Part shown: piece by piece, positions 1 through 9,421 of the stretch | Position numbering within the stretch: position 1 is the stretch's first letter | Layout of the letters: each line of letters begins with the position of its first letter | Translations under genes and position numbers: made by a program | Origin: Candidatus Eiseniibacteriota bacterium | GTDB taxonomy: Bacteria > Eisenbacteria > RBG-16-71-46 | Direction: 5' to 3' | Assembly (NCBI GenBank): GCA_044223005.1 | Contig: JBGAML010000003.1 | Coordinates: forward strand, 224,001-288,000 | DNA: 64,000 nucleotides | The notes under the pieces: model-generated | Database searches by the model: none | Seen by the model: the letters and a program-made list of their open reading frames with translations, nothing else | Told to the model about the DNA's origin: nothing

Positions 1-440
1 TTGAAGCGCGTCAGGTCACCGAACGCGAGGGCGCTCACGTCGGGCCGCGTCGCCGGCAGTTCGTTCCGTCCCGTCACGATCCACGCCTCCTTCTGCTTCG
101 ACAGGTCCAGGAACATGTCGGGACCGGGATCCTTCTGGTCGCCCTTGTGCACGATCACGCCGAGCCGCGTGGCGCCGTCCTTCAGCGGCACGTCCCACCA
201 CGCACCCCAGTCGTCGCGCCCGTTCGGCTGCAGGGGCGCGGTCCAGAGCGGCTCCTTCACCACGCCGTCCCAGGCGTGCAGGCCCCAGCCGTCGTAGTCG
301 CCGCGCGGCCGGTGGTAGTGGATCCGCGCGGTCTGCGGCGCGAGCGGGGGCGGAGCGTCGGCGTGCACGGGGGCCGGTGTCGCGAGCAGCGACGCGAGTG
401 CGAGCACGCGCACGAACGAGAGGACGCGAAGGCGGAACAT
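1..440 (-). CDS. Secreted pullulanase-type alpha-1,6-glucosidase, N-terminal part (CBM41/PUD domain); runs off the window edge
   Basis: Not in the ORF track because there is no stop in the window. Manual translation from ATG 440: signal peptide MFRLRVLSFVRVLALASLLATPAPVHA, then RIHYHRPRGDYDGWGLHAW...GRDDWGAWWDVPL...GVIVHKGDQKDPGPD, typical of the pullulanase-associated CBM41 domain. Confidence 0.8.
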   Translation of the reverse strand, partial: MFRLRVLSFVRVLALASLLATPAPVHADAPPPLAPQTARIHYHRPRGDYDGWGLHAWDGVVKEPLWTAPLQPNGRDDWGAWWDVPLKDGATRLGVIVHKGDQKDPGPDMFLDLSKQKEAWIVTGRNELPATRPDVSALAFGDLTRF

Positions 441-665
441 GCCGGGGCCTCCGGAAGGTCGGCGGTGGAGCGACGGACGGCGAACGCAGCGCATGATGCG
501 GGATGCGCCGGCGCCGCACCACCGGCGCGCGCTCCCGGCGGGGCGTGCAGGCGCCCCGCCGGGCTGCCGATAACCCGGGAACCCGGTGGGATCGGCCGTG
601 CGCGTGGCCGCGGGCAGGCACGATCCCCGTCGACGGCACGCACGCGTGCGCGGCAGGAGCGTTCG

Positions 666-1784
666 ATGCTCGATCTCGAAGGCGACGGCGAGAGCTGGCG
701 CGTCCGGTTGCGCGCGCAGGGCTGGCTGCGGCTGCTCGTCGTGCCGTTCCTGCTCTTCTGGCTCGGTGGCTGGGCCGCGGGGGAGTGGTTCGCACTCTCG
801 ATGTTCCTCCCGCTCGCCGACTGGGCCCGGCACCTGCCGCCCGAACTGGCGCGCATCCTGCCGCACGTGCGCTTCGCGCCGAACACGACCCCGCCGCTGG
901 TGCTGGTGTTCGTGGGGCTGTGGGTCGCGCTCTGGACGCTCGGCGGCCTCGGTGCGATCCACATGGTGTTCCGGCTCCTCTTCGGCGCCGACGAGGTCCG
1001 CTGGGACCGCGAGAAGGTGGAGGTGAACCACCTCGCCGGATTCTTCGGTTCGAAGCAGTGCATCGCATGGGCCGACCTGCGCGACCTGCGCATCGTCGGC
1101 ATGCGCGTCGTGGCCGAGACGCGACGCGGACTCGTGCAGTTCGTGCTCGTGGGCAGCGGCGCCGAGCGCGAGGAACTCGTGCACGCGCTGCGCGACGCTT
1201 GGCAGGCCTCCGGCGCCGCGACGGCGCTGCCCGATGCCTCGGCCGACGAAGCGCTCCCGGCCGGATGGCGGCACGAAACGGCGGGCGACGGCCGCGACGC
1301 GCTCGTCGGCGGCACGGCCTCCACGCGTGCGGTGGCGGTGTTCCTCGGCCTGTTCGCGACGGTCTTCGGTTTCGCCGGTGGCGCCGCGCTCCGGCAGGCA
1401 TTCCAGGGGCACGTCGGCGGCTGGGCGGGCATGCCGTTCCTGCTCATCGGCGGCCTCATGGGCTTCGGTGCGCTGTGGATCGCTCACGCGCGCACCGAAT
1501 ACCACTGGGGCGCGGGCTCGCTCGAGCGCGTGACGCGAGCCTTCGGCCGGACGTGGACGAAGGAGTACACACCGCTCTCGCTGAAGCTCGAGCAGGGCAA
1601 GGACAGCGACGGGGACGTGATGTGGCGTCTCGCCGCCGTCGCCCCGGGCCGCCGCGAGGTGATCGCGAGCAATCGCGACGTCCCCGGCGACGCCCGCCGC
1701 GTGGGCCGCTGGCTCGCGGCGAAGACGGGCGTCCGGCTCGAGGGCGATCCCACCGACGACGCCGGCGTGCGCCGCGCGGGCTAG
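666..1784 (+). CDS. Hypothetical integral membrane protein (two TM-hairpin + soluble modules)
   Basis: ATG 666 with GCAGGAG upstream; hydrophobic segments PFLLFWLGGWAAGEW, FVGLWVALWTLGG, VFLGLFATVFG, PFLLIGGLMGFGALW. Confidence 0.7.
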   Translation: MLDLEGDGESWRVRLRAQGWLRLLVVPFLLFWLGGWAAGEWFALSMFLPLADWARHLPPELARILPHVRFAPNTTPPLVLVFVGLWVALWTLGGLGAIHMVFRLLFGADEVRWDREKVEVNHLAGFFGSKQCIAWADLRDLRIVGMRVVAETRRGLVQFVLVGSGAEREELVHALRDAWQASGAATALPDASADEALPAGWRHETAGDGRDALVGGTASTRAVAVFLGLFATVFGFAGGAALRQAFQGHVGGWAGMPFLLIGGLMGFGALWIAHARTEYHWGAGSLERVTRAFGRTWTKEYTPLSLKLEQGKDSDGDVMWRLAAVAPGRREVIASNRDVPGDARRVGRWLAAKTGVRLEGDPTDDAGVRRAG

Positions 1785-1988
1785 GCACGCCCGGCTTCGG
1801 CGCCCGCCTGCGCCTCGCCGTCCCTCGCCTCCCGCCCGAGTCGTGTTTTCGCCGCGAATGGCGCGGTCGCGGGCCGCCTGCCCGCTCGTGCGGCCTCGTG
1901 TAGAATGCGTCGCGTTCTTCCGGCTCCATCGTCCCGTCGCCGCGATCGTCGCGGCCGCTCGCCGGCCGCTCTCCGCACGAGGTCCAGC

Positions 1989-3179
1989 ATGTCCAGTAAC
2001 GCCGTCTACATCGTGGGTGCGGCTCGCACGCCCATCGGCAAGTTCCTCGGCTCTCTCGGTTCGCTCAAGGCTTCCGACCTGGGCGCCGTCGCGCTGCGCG
2101 AAGCGATCGCGCGCGCCGGCATCACGGGCAAGGACGTGGACGAAGTGATCATGGGCCACGTCGTGCAGGGCGGGCAGGGACAGGCGCCCGCGCGGCAGGC
2201 GCAGATCAAGGCCGGCATCGACCCGGTCGTCGGCGCGATGACGATCAACAAGGTCTGTGGCTCGGGGCTCAAGGCGGTGATGCTCGCGGCGCAGGCGATC
2301 AAGGCGGGCGACGCCGACTGCATTGCGGCGGGTGGGCAGGAGAGCATGAGCACCGCGCCGCACTACCTGTTCAGCGGGCGGCTCGGCCAGCGCCTGGGCG
2401 ACACGACGCTGCGCGACGGTGCGGTCCACGACGGGCTGTGGTGCAGCTTCAACGACTGCCACATGATCGAGCTCGCCCAGTACACCGCCGAGAAGGCCAA
2501 GCTCACGCGCGCGCGCCTGGACGAGTTCTCGGTCGCCAGCCAGAAGAAGGCGGCGGCGGCGCAGGCCGCCGGCGCGTTCGACCGCGAGATGGCGCCGGTG
2601 ACGATCCCGCAGCGCAAGGGTGACCCGGTCGTGGTCAAGGTCGACGAGTCGGTGCGCGGCGACACGACGATCGAAGCGCTCGCCAAGCTCGGGCCCGTGA
2701 CGAAGGCGAAGGACGGCATGATCACGGCCGGCAACGCGCCCGGCCTGAACGACGGCGGCGCCGCCGTGGTCGTGATGAGCGAGGCGCGCCTGAAGGCGAC
2801 GGGCGCGAAGCCGCTCGCCCGCATCACCGGCTACGCGACCGGTGGCGGCGAGCCCAAGGACCTGTTCTTCGCGCCGATCGACGCGGTGCAGAAGCTCATG
2901 AAGAAGCTGGGTGTCTCGATCGGGCACTTCGACCTCATCGAGGCGAACGAGGCGTTCGCGGCGCAGGCGCTCGCCGACGGCGACGCGCTCGGCTGGGACT
3001 GGGACCGCGTCAACGTGAACGGCGGCGCCGTGGCGCTCGGCCACCCGATCGGCGCGAGCGGCGCGCGCATCCTGGCGACGCTGCTCTACGCGCTCGAGGC
3101 GCGCGGCAAGCGCACCGGCCTCGCGACCCTCTGTCTCGGTGGCGGCAATGCCGTCGCTCTCTCCGTGGAGCGTGTGTGA
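1989..3179 (+). CDS. atoB: Acetyl-CoA C-acetyltransferase (thiolase)
   Basis: RTPIGKF, NKVCGSG (catalytic Cys), [18 protein letters not shown]. Confidence 0.95.
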   Translation: MSSNAVYIVGAARTPIGKFLGSLGSLKASDLGAVALREAIARAGITGKDVDEVIMGHVVQGGQGQAPARQAQIKAGIDPVVGAMTINKVCGSGLKAVMLAAQAIKAGDADCIAAGGQESMSTAPHYLFSGRLGQRLGDTTLRDGAVHDGLWCSFNDCHMIELAQYTAEKAKLTRARLDEFSVASQKKAAAAQAAGAFDREMAPVTIPQRKGDPVVVKVDESVRGDTTIEALAKLGPVTKAKDGMITAGNAPGLNDGGAAVVVMSEARLKATGAKPLARITGYATGGGEPKDLFFAPIDAVQKLMKKLGVSIGHFDLIEANEAFAAQALADGDALGWDWDRVNVNGGAVALGHPIGASGARILATLLYALEARGKRTGLATLCLGGGNAVALSVERV

Positions 3180-4072
3180 TGAGCGCCGGACTCGAGAACG
3201 CGACGGGCCTGTCCGCGGGCGTGAAGAAGGTGGCGGTGATCGGCGGTGGCACCATGGGCAACGGCATCGCCCAGGTGTTCGCGACCAACGGCTTTGCCGT
3301 CGAGCTGGTCGACGCGAAGCCGGAGTTCGTCGATCGCGCGCTGGGCGCGATCGGCAAGAGCCTCGATCGCGTGGCGAAGAAGCAGGAGTGGCCGGCGGAC
3401 AAGGCCGCGGGAATCCTCGCGCGCATCCACGGCGGCACGGCGCTGGCGGCGGCGAAGGACTGCCAGCTCGTGGTCGAGGCCGTGACCGAGAACTTCGCGG
3501 TGAAGAAGGAGATCTTCCAGACGCTCGACGCCTCGACGCCGGCGGAAACCGTGCTGGCGAGCAACACCTCGAGCATCTCGATCACCGAGATCGCCGCGGT
3601 CACGAAGCGCCCCGCGCAGGTCGTGGGCATGCACTTCATGAACCCGGTGCCGGTGATGCAGCTCGTCGAGATCATCCGCGGCATCGCGACGTCCGACGCC
3701 ACCTACGCGCTGACCGAGGATCTCTCGAAGCGCCTCGGCAAGACTCCGGTCGAAGTGAACGACTACCCCGGTTTCGTCGCCAACCGCATCCTCATGCCGA
3801 TGATCAACGAGGCGTGCTACACGCTCATGGAGGGCGTCGCGACGCGCGAGGCGATCGACACGGTCATGAAGCTCGGCATGAACCACCCCATGGGGCCGCT
3901 CGCGCTGGCCGACCTGATCGGGCTCGACACCTGCCTGTCGATCATGAACGTGCTGCACGACGGGCTGGGGGATTCCAAGTACCGGCCGTGTCCGCTACTG
4001 CGCAAGATGGTCGCGGCGGGCTGGCTGGGCCGCAAGACGGGCCGCGGATTCTACGAGTACGCCGGGGCCTGA
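3179..4072 (+). CDS. hbd: 3-hydroxybutyryl-CoA dehydrogenase
   Basis: [12 protein letters not shown]ossmann motif, [35 protein letters not shown]; start overlaps the thiolase stop. Confidence 0.95.
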   Translation: MSAGLENATGLSAGVKKVAVIGGGTMGNGIAQVFATNGFAVELVDAKPEFVDRALGAIGKSLDRVAKKQEWPADKAAGILARIHGGTALAAAKDCQLVVEAVTENFAVKKEIFQTLDASTPAETVLASNTSSISITEIAAVTKRPAQVVGMHFMNPVPVMQLVEIIRGIATSDATYALTEDLSKRLGKTPVEVNDYPGFVANRILMPMINEACYTLMEGVATREAIDTVMKLGMNHPMGPLALADLIGLDTCLSIMNVLHDGLGDSKYRPCPLLRKMVAAGWLGRKTGRGFYEYAGA

Positions 4073-4096
4073 GCGGCGCCGGTTCCGGTCCACCCG

Positions 4097-4133
4097 CGAT
4101 CGCGCGGTCCCCGCGATGGGGGCCGCGCGATCG
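4097..4133 (+). terminator. GC-rich hairpin downstream of hbd (possible terminator or stabiliser)
   Basis: cgatcgcgcggtcccc-gcgat-gggggccgcgcgatcg, 16-bp stem with one G-U; no U-tract. Confidence 0.4.
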
Positions 4134-4202
4134 GCATTCCGGGGCGCGCGCGTCCCGCGCGGTCGCCGCCCGGGCGGCGCACGGCCCGCCGTCCCGTCCG
4201 CG

Positions 4203-4231
4203 TTGCCACGCGGGCGCGGACGCGGCAATAT
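4203..4231 (+). promoter_or_regulatory. Sigma70-like promoter for the acyl-CoA dehydrogenase genes
   Basis: TTGCCA-N17-CAATAT in a 260-bp intergenic gap. Confidence 0.45.
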
Positions 4232-4332
4232 GCGTCCGCTCCGGGGCTGCGGCCCGCCCGGGGCAGGCCGCGCCGGACCGGCGCGGCCGAAGACCCCCAA
4301 CGGCCCTCCGCGTCGAGGGCGGGAGAACCACG

Positions 4333-5520
4333 GTGTCCACGGAGACCGCCCTGTCGCCCGGCATTTCGTTCGACCTCTCCGAGGAGGCGCAGTCCGTCCG
4401 CGAGATGGTCCGCGACTTCGCCGAGAGCGAGATCCGCCCGATCGCCGCCCGGATCGACGAGACGCACGAGTTCCCGGCCGAGAACGTGAAGAAGATGGCC
4501 GAACTGGGCCTGCTCGGCATGTTCGTCCCCGAGGCGCACGGCGGCGCCGGGATGACGTACCTGTCGTACGTGGTGGCGATCGAGGAGCTCTCGCGCGCCT
4601 GTGCGAGCCACGGCGTCATCGCGTCGGTCAACAACTCGCTCGTCTGCTACCCGCTCATGACGTACGCCAACGCGGAGCAGAAGCAGCGCTGGCTCGAGCC
4701 GCTGGCGAAGGGCGAGAAGCTGGGCGCGTACTGCCTCACCGAGCCGAACGCGGGCAGCAACGCGGCGAACCAGCAGACGACCGCGGTGCTCGACGGCGAC
4801 CACTGGGTGCTGAACGGCTCCAAGATCTTCATCACCAACGCCGGACCGGCCGACGTGCTGATCACCTACGCCGCGACCGACCGCGCGCTGGGGCCCAAGG
4901 GCATCACGGCGTTCATCGTCGACGCGGACACGCCCGGCGTGCGCAAGGGCAAGAAGGAAGCGAAGCTCGGCATCCACGCTTCGGACACGCGCGAGATCTA
5001 CTACGAGAACGCGCGCGTCCCGAAGGACGCCATGCTCGGCGAGCTCAACAAGGGCTACTCGATCGCGCTCGCCACGCTGGGTGGCGGCCGCATCGGCATC
5101 GCTGCGCAGGCGCTGGGCATCGCGCAGGCCTCGGTCGAGGCCGCGGTGGCCTACGCCAACACGCGCGAGCAGTTCGACAAGAAGATCGGCGAGTTCGACG
5201 CCATCCGGCACATGCTGGCCGACAGCGTCGTCGAGCTCGAGACGGCGCGCCTGCTGGTCTACCAGGCGGCGTGGCTGCGCGACATGGGCCGGCCGCACGT
5301 GAAGGAGGCCTCGCTCGCCAAGTGGCACGCGTCCGAGGCCGCGACGCGCTGCGCGAACTGGGCGATCCAGGTGCACGGCGGCTACGGCTACATGAGCGAG
5401 TATCACGTCGAGCGCTACTGGCGCGACGCCAAGATCTGCGAGATCTACGAAGGCACGACCGAGGTGCAGAAGATGGTCGTGTCCGGCCAGGTCCTGAAGG
5501 AACACGCGATTTCCGCGTGA
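4333..5520 (+). CDS. Acyl-CoA dehydrogenase (short/branched-chain type)
   Basis: GTG 4333 after GGGAGA; YCLTEPNAGS, NGSKIFITN, GGRIGIAAQ, IQVHGGYGY, IYEGTTEVQ. Confidence 0.93.
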   Translation: MSTETALSPGISFDLSEEAQSVREMVRDFAESEIRPIAARIDETHEFPAENVKKMAELGLLGMFVPEAHGGAGMTYLSYVVAIEELSRACASHGVIASVNNSLVCYPLMTYANAEQKQRWLEPLAKGEKLGAYCLTEPNAGSNAANQQTTAVLDGDHWVLNGSKIFITNAGPADVLITYAATDRALGPKGITAFIVDADTPGVRKGKKEAKLGIHASDTREIYYENARVPKDAMLGELNKGYSIALATLGGGRIGIAAQALGIAQASVEAAVAYANTREQFDKKIGEFDAIRHMLADSVVELETARLLVYQAAWLRDMGRPHVKEASLAKWHASEAATRCANWAIQVHGGYGYMSEYHVERYWRDAKICEIYEGTTEVQKMVVSGQVLKEHAISA

Positions 5521-5545
5521 ACCCATCCGCACGGAGGAAGTCCGC

Positions 5546-5929
5546 ATGAAGCGTCCGGTTCGTCCCGTGGCCCTCGTGATCCTGACCCTGTGCGCCCTGT
5601 ACCCGGGGCTCACCGCGATGTTCCAGGGCTTCTATCCCTGGGTGACCGGGCAGGAGTTCGCGCTGCTGGGCCAGATGAGCGCGTTCGTGGACCTGCCCGT
5701 CAAGATGGGCATGGCGACGTGGGTGCCCCACCTGCTGAAGGGCCTGATCGGCCTCGCGTGGCTCGCGGGCGTTCCCGGCCTCTGGGCGGGCGAGGGCAAG
5801 GCGGTGCCGCTCGTCGCGCTCGGCGCGGTGGGCTCGCTGCTGCTCGGCCCCGGGCCGGCGGTGATGGGCATCGTCGGCCTCGTGTGCCTGTTCGTGTTCC
5901 GTGAGACGGAGCAGCACCAGCCCGCGTGA
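5546..5929 (+). CDS. Small hypothetical membrane protein
   Basis: GGAGGA SD; 127 aa, about 4 hydrophobic helices; lies between two acyl-CoA dehydrogenases. Confidence 0.75.
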   Translation: MKRPVRPVALVILTLCALYPGLTAMFQGFYPWVTGQEFALLGQMSAFVDLPVKMGMATWVPHLLKGLIGLAWLAGVPGLWAGEGKAVPLVALGAVGSLLLGPGPAVMGIVGLVCLFVFRETEQHQPA

Positions 5930-5948
5930 GCGCGAGGAGAGCCGCACG

Positions 5949-7100
5949 ATGAATCTCGACCTGACCGAGGACCAGAAGCTCATCCGCGACGCGGTGCGCG
6001 ACCTCTGCCGCGAGGAGTTCGCGAAGCATGCGGCCGCGTGGGACGCGGAGCAGGGCGTGCCGCGCTGGGCGATCGAGAAGCTCGCCGAGCAGGGTTTCCT
6101 CGGCATGGCCATCCCCGAGGAGTGGGGCGGTGTCGGCTACGACGCGCGCACGATCGTGGTCGTGCTCGAGGAGATCGCGAAGGTGTCCGCGGCCCTCGCC
6201 ATCATGATCGCGGTGCACAACTCGGTCGGCGCGCTGCCGGTGTTCCGCTTCGGCAGCGACGAGCAGCGCAAGCGCTTCCTGCCGCGGCTCGTGAGCAAGG
6301 AGCTGGGGGCGTTCTCGCTCTCCGAGCCCGCCGCGGGTTCCGACGCCGGCGCGCTGGAGGCGGTCGCGGTCCGCGACGGCGACCACTACGTGCTCAACGG
6401 CAGCAAGAACTGGGTGACGAACGGCATCAACGCCGGCGTCTACCTCGTGTTCGCGAAGACGGACAAGGCTGCCGGCAACCGCGGCATCTCGGCGTTCATC
6501 GTCGAGAAGGGCGCGAAGGGGCTCGTGGTCGGCAAGCCCGAAGACAAGATGGGCCTGCGCGGCTCCGAAACCGTTTCGCTCTCCCTCGAGGACTTGCGCG
6601 TTCCGGTCGAGCAGCGGCTCGGCGAGGAGGGCGAGGGCTTCAAGATCGCGATGAGCATGCTCGACGCGGGACGCATCGGCGTCGCGGCGCAGGCGCTCGG
6701 CGTCATGACCGCGGCGTTCGAGGAAGCGGTGAAGTACGCGCAGCAGCGGAAGGCGTTCGGAGGGCCGATTTCGCGGCTCCAGGCGGTGCAGTTCAAGCTC
6801 GCCGAGATGGAACGCCGCGTGCAGTGCTCGCGGCTCCTGCTCTGGAAGGCGGCCTGGCTGCGGGACTCCAGCCGGCCCTACTCTCGTGCGGCGTCGGCCG
6901 CCAAACTCTACGCGAGCGAGGCCGCGACGTGGGTCACCCACCAGGCGATCCAGGTGCACGGCGGGTACGGCTACGTGAAGGAGTACGCCGTCGAGCGTTA
7001 CTATCGGGATGCTCGGGTGATGGAAATCTACGAGGGCACCTCGGAGATCCAGCGTCTGGTGATCGCCCGCAGCGCCCTGGCCGAGGGCGTGCTCGCTTGA
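5949..7100 (+). CDS. Acyl-CoA dehydrogenase (short/branched-chain type)
   Basis: GAGGAGA SD; FSLSEPAAGSD, NGSKNWVTN, GRIGVAAQ, IQVHGGYGY, IYEGTSEIQ. Confidence 0.95.
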   Translation: MNLDLTEDQKLIRDAVRDLCREEFAKHAAAWDAEQGVPRWAIEKLAEQGFLGMAIPEEWGGVGYDARTIVVVLEEIAKVSAALAIMIAVHNSVGALPVFRFGSDEQRKRFLPRLVSKELGAFSLSEPAAGSDAGALEAVAVRDGDHYVLNGSKNWVTNGINAGVYLVFAKTDKAAGNRGISAFIVEKGAKGLVVGKPEDKMGLRGSETVSLSLEDLRVPVEQRLGEEGEGFKIAMSMLDAGRIGVAAQALGVMTAAFEEAVKYAQQRKAFGGPISRLQAVQFKLAEMERRVQCSRLLLWKAAWLRDSSRPYSRAASAAKLYASEAATWVTHQAIQVHGGYGYVKEYAVERYYRDARVMEIYEGTSEIQRLVIARSALAEGVLA

Positions 7101-7158
7101 GGACACCCGGCCGGTCCGACGGTCCGTTCACTCGGTTTTCCCCCAACCCGGGCAGCAT

Positions 7159-7911
7159 ATGAGCCTCCGTTTCGAACGCGCGATCGTGGTCGGTGCCTCG
7201 TCGGGCATCGGCGCCGAGATCGCACGGCAGCTGGCCGCGAGTGGCACGACCGTCGCGCTGGTCGGCCGCAGGGCCGAGGAACTCGCGAAGGTCGCCGCCG
7301 AGATCGCCGCGGCCGGGCGCGGGAAGGCGTTCACTGCGGTGCACGACGTGCGCGACGGGGACGCGATCCCGGGCTGCTTCGAGCAACTCGTGCGCGAGCT
7401 GGGCGGCCTCGACCTGCTGGTCTACGCGGCCGGCACGATCGCGCTTCCCGAGGAGGGCGAGTACGACCTCGCCGGCGACCGCGCGATGATGGAGGTCAAC
7501 ACGCTCGGGGCCATGACGTGGACCGGGCTCGCCGCGGCGCGCTTCGAAGCCGCGCGCGCGGGCACGATCGTCGGCATCTCGAGCATCGCGGGCGAGCGGG
7601 GGCGGCGGACGATGCCGGCCTACACCACGTCCAAGGCCGCGCTCACGGTGTGGCTGGAGGCGCTGCGCAACCGCGTCTCGCGCTACGGCGTCAACGTGGT
7701 CACGGTGAAGCCGGGCTTCGTCGACACGGTGATGACGCAGCACCTCGCCAAGAAGCCGATGATCATCTCGGCGCCGAAGGCGGCCCGCATCATCCTCGCG
7801 ACCGCGCGCCGAGGTGGCAGCCCGAGCGTGTTCGTGCCGGCCCGCTGGGGGCTCGTCGCGATGATCGTGCGCCACCTGCCCTCGGCGATCTTCCGGAAGC
7901 TGGACCTGTGA
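7159..7911 (+). CDS. SDR oxidoreductase, DprE2-like
   Basis: GASSGIG, SSIAGERGR, YTTSK (YxxxK), VKPGFVDTVMT; coupled to a DprE1-like gene. Confidence 0.8.
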   Translation: MSLRFERAIVVGASSGIGAEIARQLAASGTTVALVGRRAEELAKVAAEIAAAGRGKAFTAVHDVRDGDAIPGCFEQLVRELGGLDLLVYAAGTIALPEEGEYDLAGDRAMMEVNTLGAMTWTGLAAARFEAARAGTIVGISSIAGERGRRTMPAYTTSKAALTVWLEALRNRVSRYGVNVVTVKPGFVDTVMTQHLAKKPMIISAPKAARIILATARRGGSPSVFVPARWGLVAMIVRHLPSAIFRKLDL

Positions 7912-9329
7912 GCGCCGCCACGCTGCGTTCCGGTTCGCCGTGGCGCGTGCTCGACGGCTTCGGCGGCGCGCAGCGTGCGGCGTCGCTGCACGCGCGGCCG
8001 CGCAGCGTCGAGGAACTCGCCGCCGTGCTGCGCCGCGCGGCCGAAGAGGGCGTGCCGGTCAGCTTCCGCGGCAACGGCCGCAGCTACGGCGACGCGGCGC
8101 TCAACACGGGCGGGCTTGCGATCGACGTGCGCGGCATGGACCGCGTGCTGGCGTTCGACCGCGCGAGCGGTGTCGTCGATCTCGAGCCGGGCGCGACCAT
8201 CGAGACGCTCTGGCGGACGGTGCTGCCGCACGGCTTCTGGCCCAGCGTCGTGCCGGGAACGATGTTCCCCACGATGGGCGGCTGCATCGCCATGAACATC
8301 CACGGCAAGAACTGCTTCAAGGCGGGCCCGTTCGGCGACCACGTCCAGGAACTGGACCTGCTCGGCGCCGACGGCACGCTGCGCACGCTCGATCGCACGC
8401 GCGACCCGGAACTCTTCCGCGCGGTGATCGCGGGCCTGGGCCTGCTCGGCGCCGTGACCCGCGTGCGCGTGCGCACCCACCGCGTCGAGAGCGGGCGGCT
8501 GCGCGTGCGCCCGATTCGCACCCGCACGCTGGGCGCGATGTTCGACTGCTTCGTGGAGCGCCTGCCGCAGTCCGACTACCTCGTCGGCTGGATCGACGGG
8601 TTCGCGGGCGGCGGTGCGCTCGGGCGCGGGCTCGTGCACCAGGCGAACTACCTCTCCGCCGCCGAGGATCCGGAAGGCCGCGCGTTCCTGGACAATGCGC
8701 GCCAGGACCTGCCGCCGAGCGTGATGGGCGTGCCGCGGTCGGTCGTGTGGCGCGTCATGCGGCTGTTCGCCAACGACCCGGGCATGCGCTTCGTGAACGC
8801 CGTCAAGTACCACCTGCCGGAGTCGTTCGGCGGGGACGGCTCGTTCCTCGAGACGCACGTGGCGTTCGCGTTCCTGCTCGACTACGTGCCCAACTGGCGC
8901 TGGGCCTACGGCAACGCCGGGTTCATCCAGTACCAGGTGTTCCTGCCCGACACGACCGCGCGCGAGGGGATGGCGCAGGTGCTGGAGCGCTGCCGCAAGC
9001 GCGGCGTGGTCTCGTACCTGGGCGTCTTCAAGCGCCACAAGCCGGACGAGTTCCTGCTCTCACACGGGCTCGACGGCTGGTCGCTCGCCATGGATTTCCC
9101 GATCCGGCCCCGCGATCCGCGACCGCTCGAGGAACTCACCCGCGAACTGACGGAAATCGTGCTCGATGCCGGCGGGCTCTTCTACGCCGCCAAGGACTCG
9201 GTGCTGGACGCCGGGCAATTCGCACGCGCCTACGGCGATCGGCTCGAACGCTTCCGCGCGATCAAGCGGCGCGTGGACCCGGGCGGCCTGTTCCAGAGCG
9301 ACCTGTCACGCCGGCTCGCGATCGGCTGA
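7908..9329 (+). CDS. FAD-binding oxidoreductase, DprE1-like
   Basis: GTGA overlap; RGNGRSYGDAA, VPGTMFPTMGG, IHGKN, GFIQYQ, GWSLAMDFP, YAAKDS, FQSDLSRRL. Confidence 0.85.
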   Translation: MSAATLRSGSPWRVLDGFGGAQRAASLHARPRSVEELAAVLRRAAEEGVPVSFRGNGRSYGDAALNTGGLAIDVRGMDRVLAFDRASGVVDLEPGATIETLWRTVLPHGFWPSVVPGTMFPTMGGCIAMNIHGKNCFKAGPFGDHVQELDLLGADGTLRTLDRTRDPELFRAVIAGLGLLGAVTRVRVRTHRVESGRLRVRPIRTRTLGAMFDCFVERLPQSDYLVGWIDGFAGGGALGRGLVHQANYLSAAEDPEGRAFLDNARQDLPPSVMGVPRSVVWRVMRLFANDPGMRFVNAVKYHLPESFGGDGSFLETHVAFAFLLDYVPNWRWAYGNAGFIQYQVFLPDTTAREGMAQVLERCRKRGVVSYLGVFKRHKPDEFLLSHGLDGWSLAMDFPIRPRDPRPLEELTRELTEIVLDAGGLFYAAKDSVLDAGQFARAYGDRLERFRAIKRRVDPGGLFQSDLSRRLAIG

Positions 9330-9421
9330 TTCCCCGCCGGGGTTCGGCCGCGCGCCAGCACGCTCTCGCCGTGTCACGATCCCGCCGATAACCTCCACGG
9401 GTGTCCAGGGGGGATCCGGCC

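Noticed and set aside
3139..4332. N-terminal extension of the acyl-CoA dehydrogenase in the track (793 aa)
   Set aside because: It overlaps hbd; a promoter-like site and SD support GTG 4333
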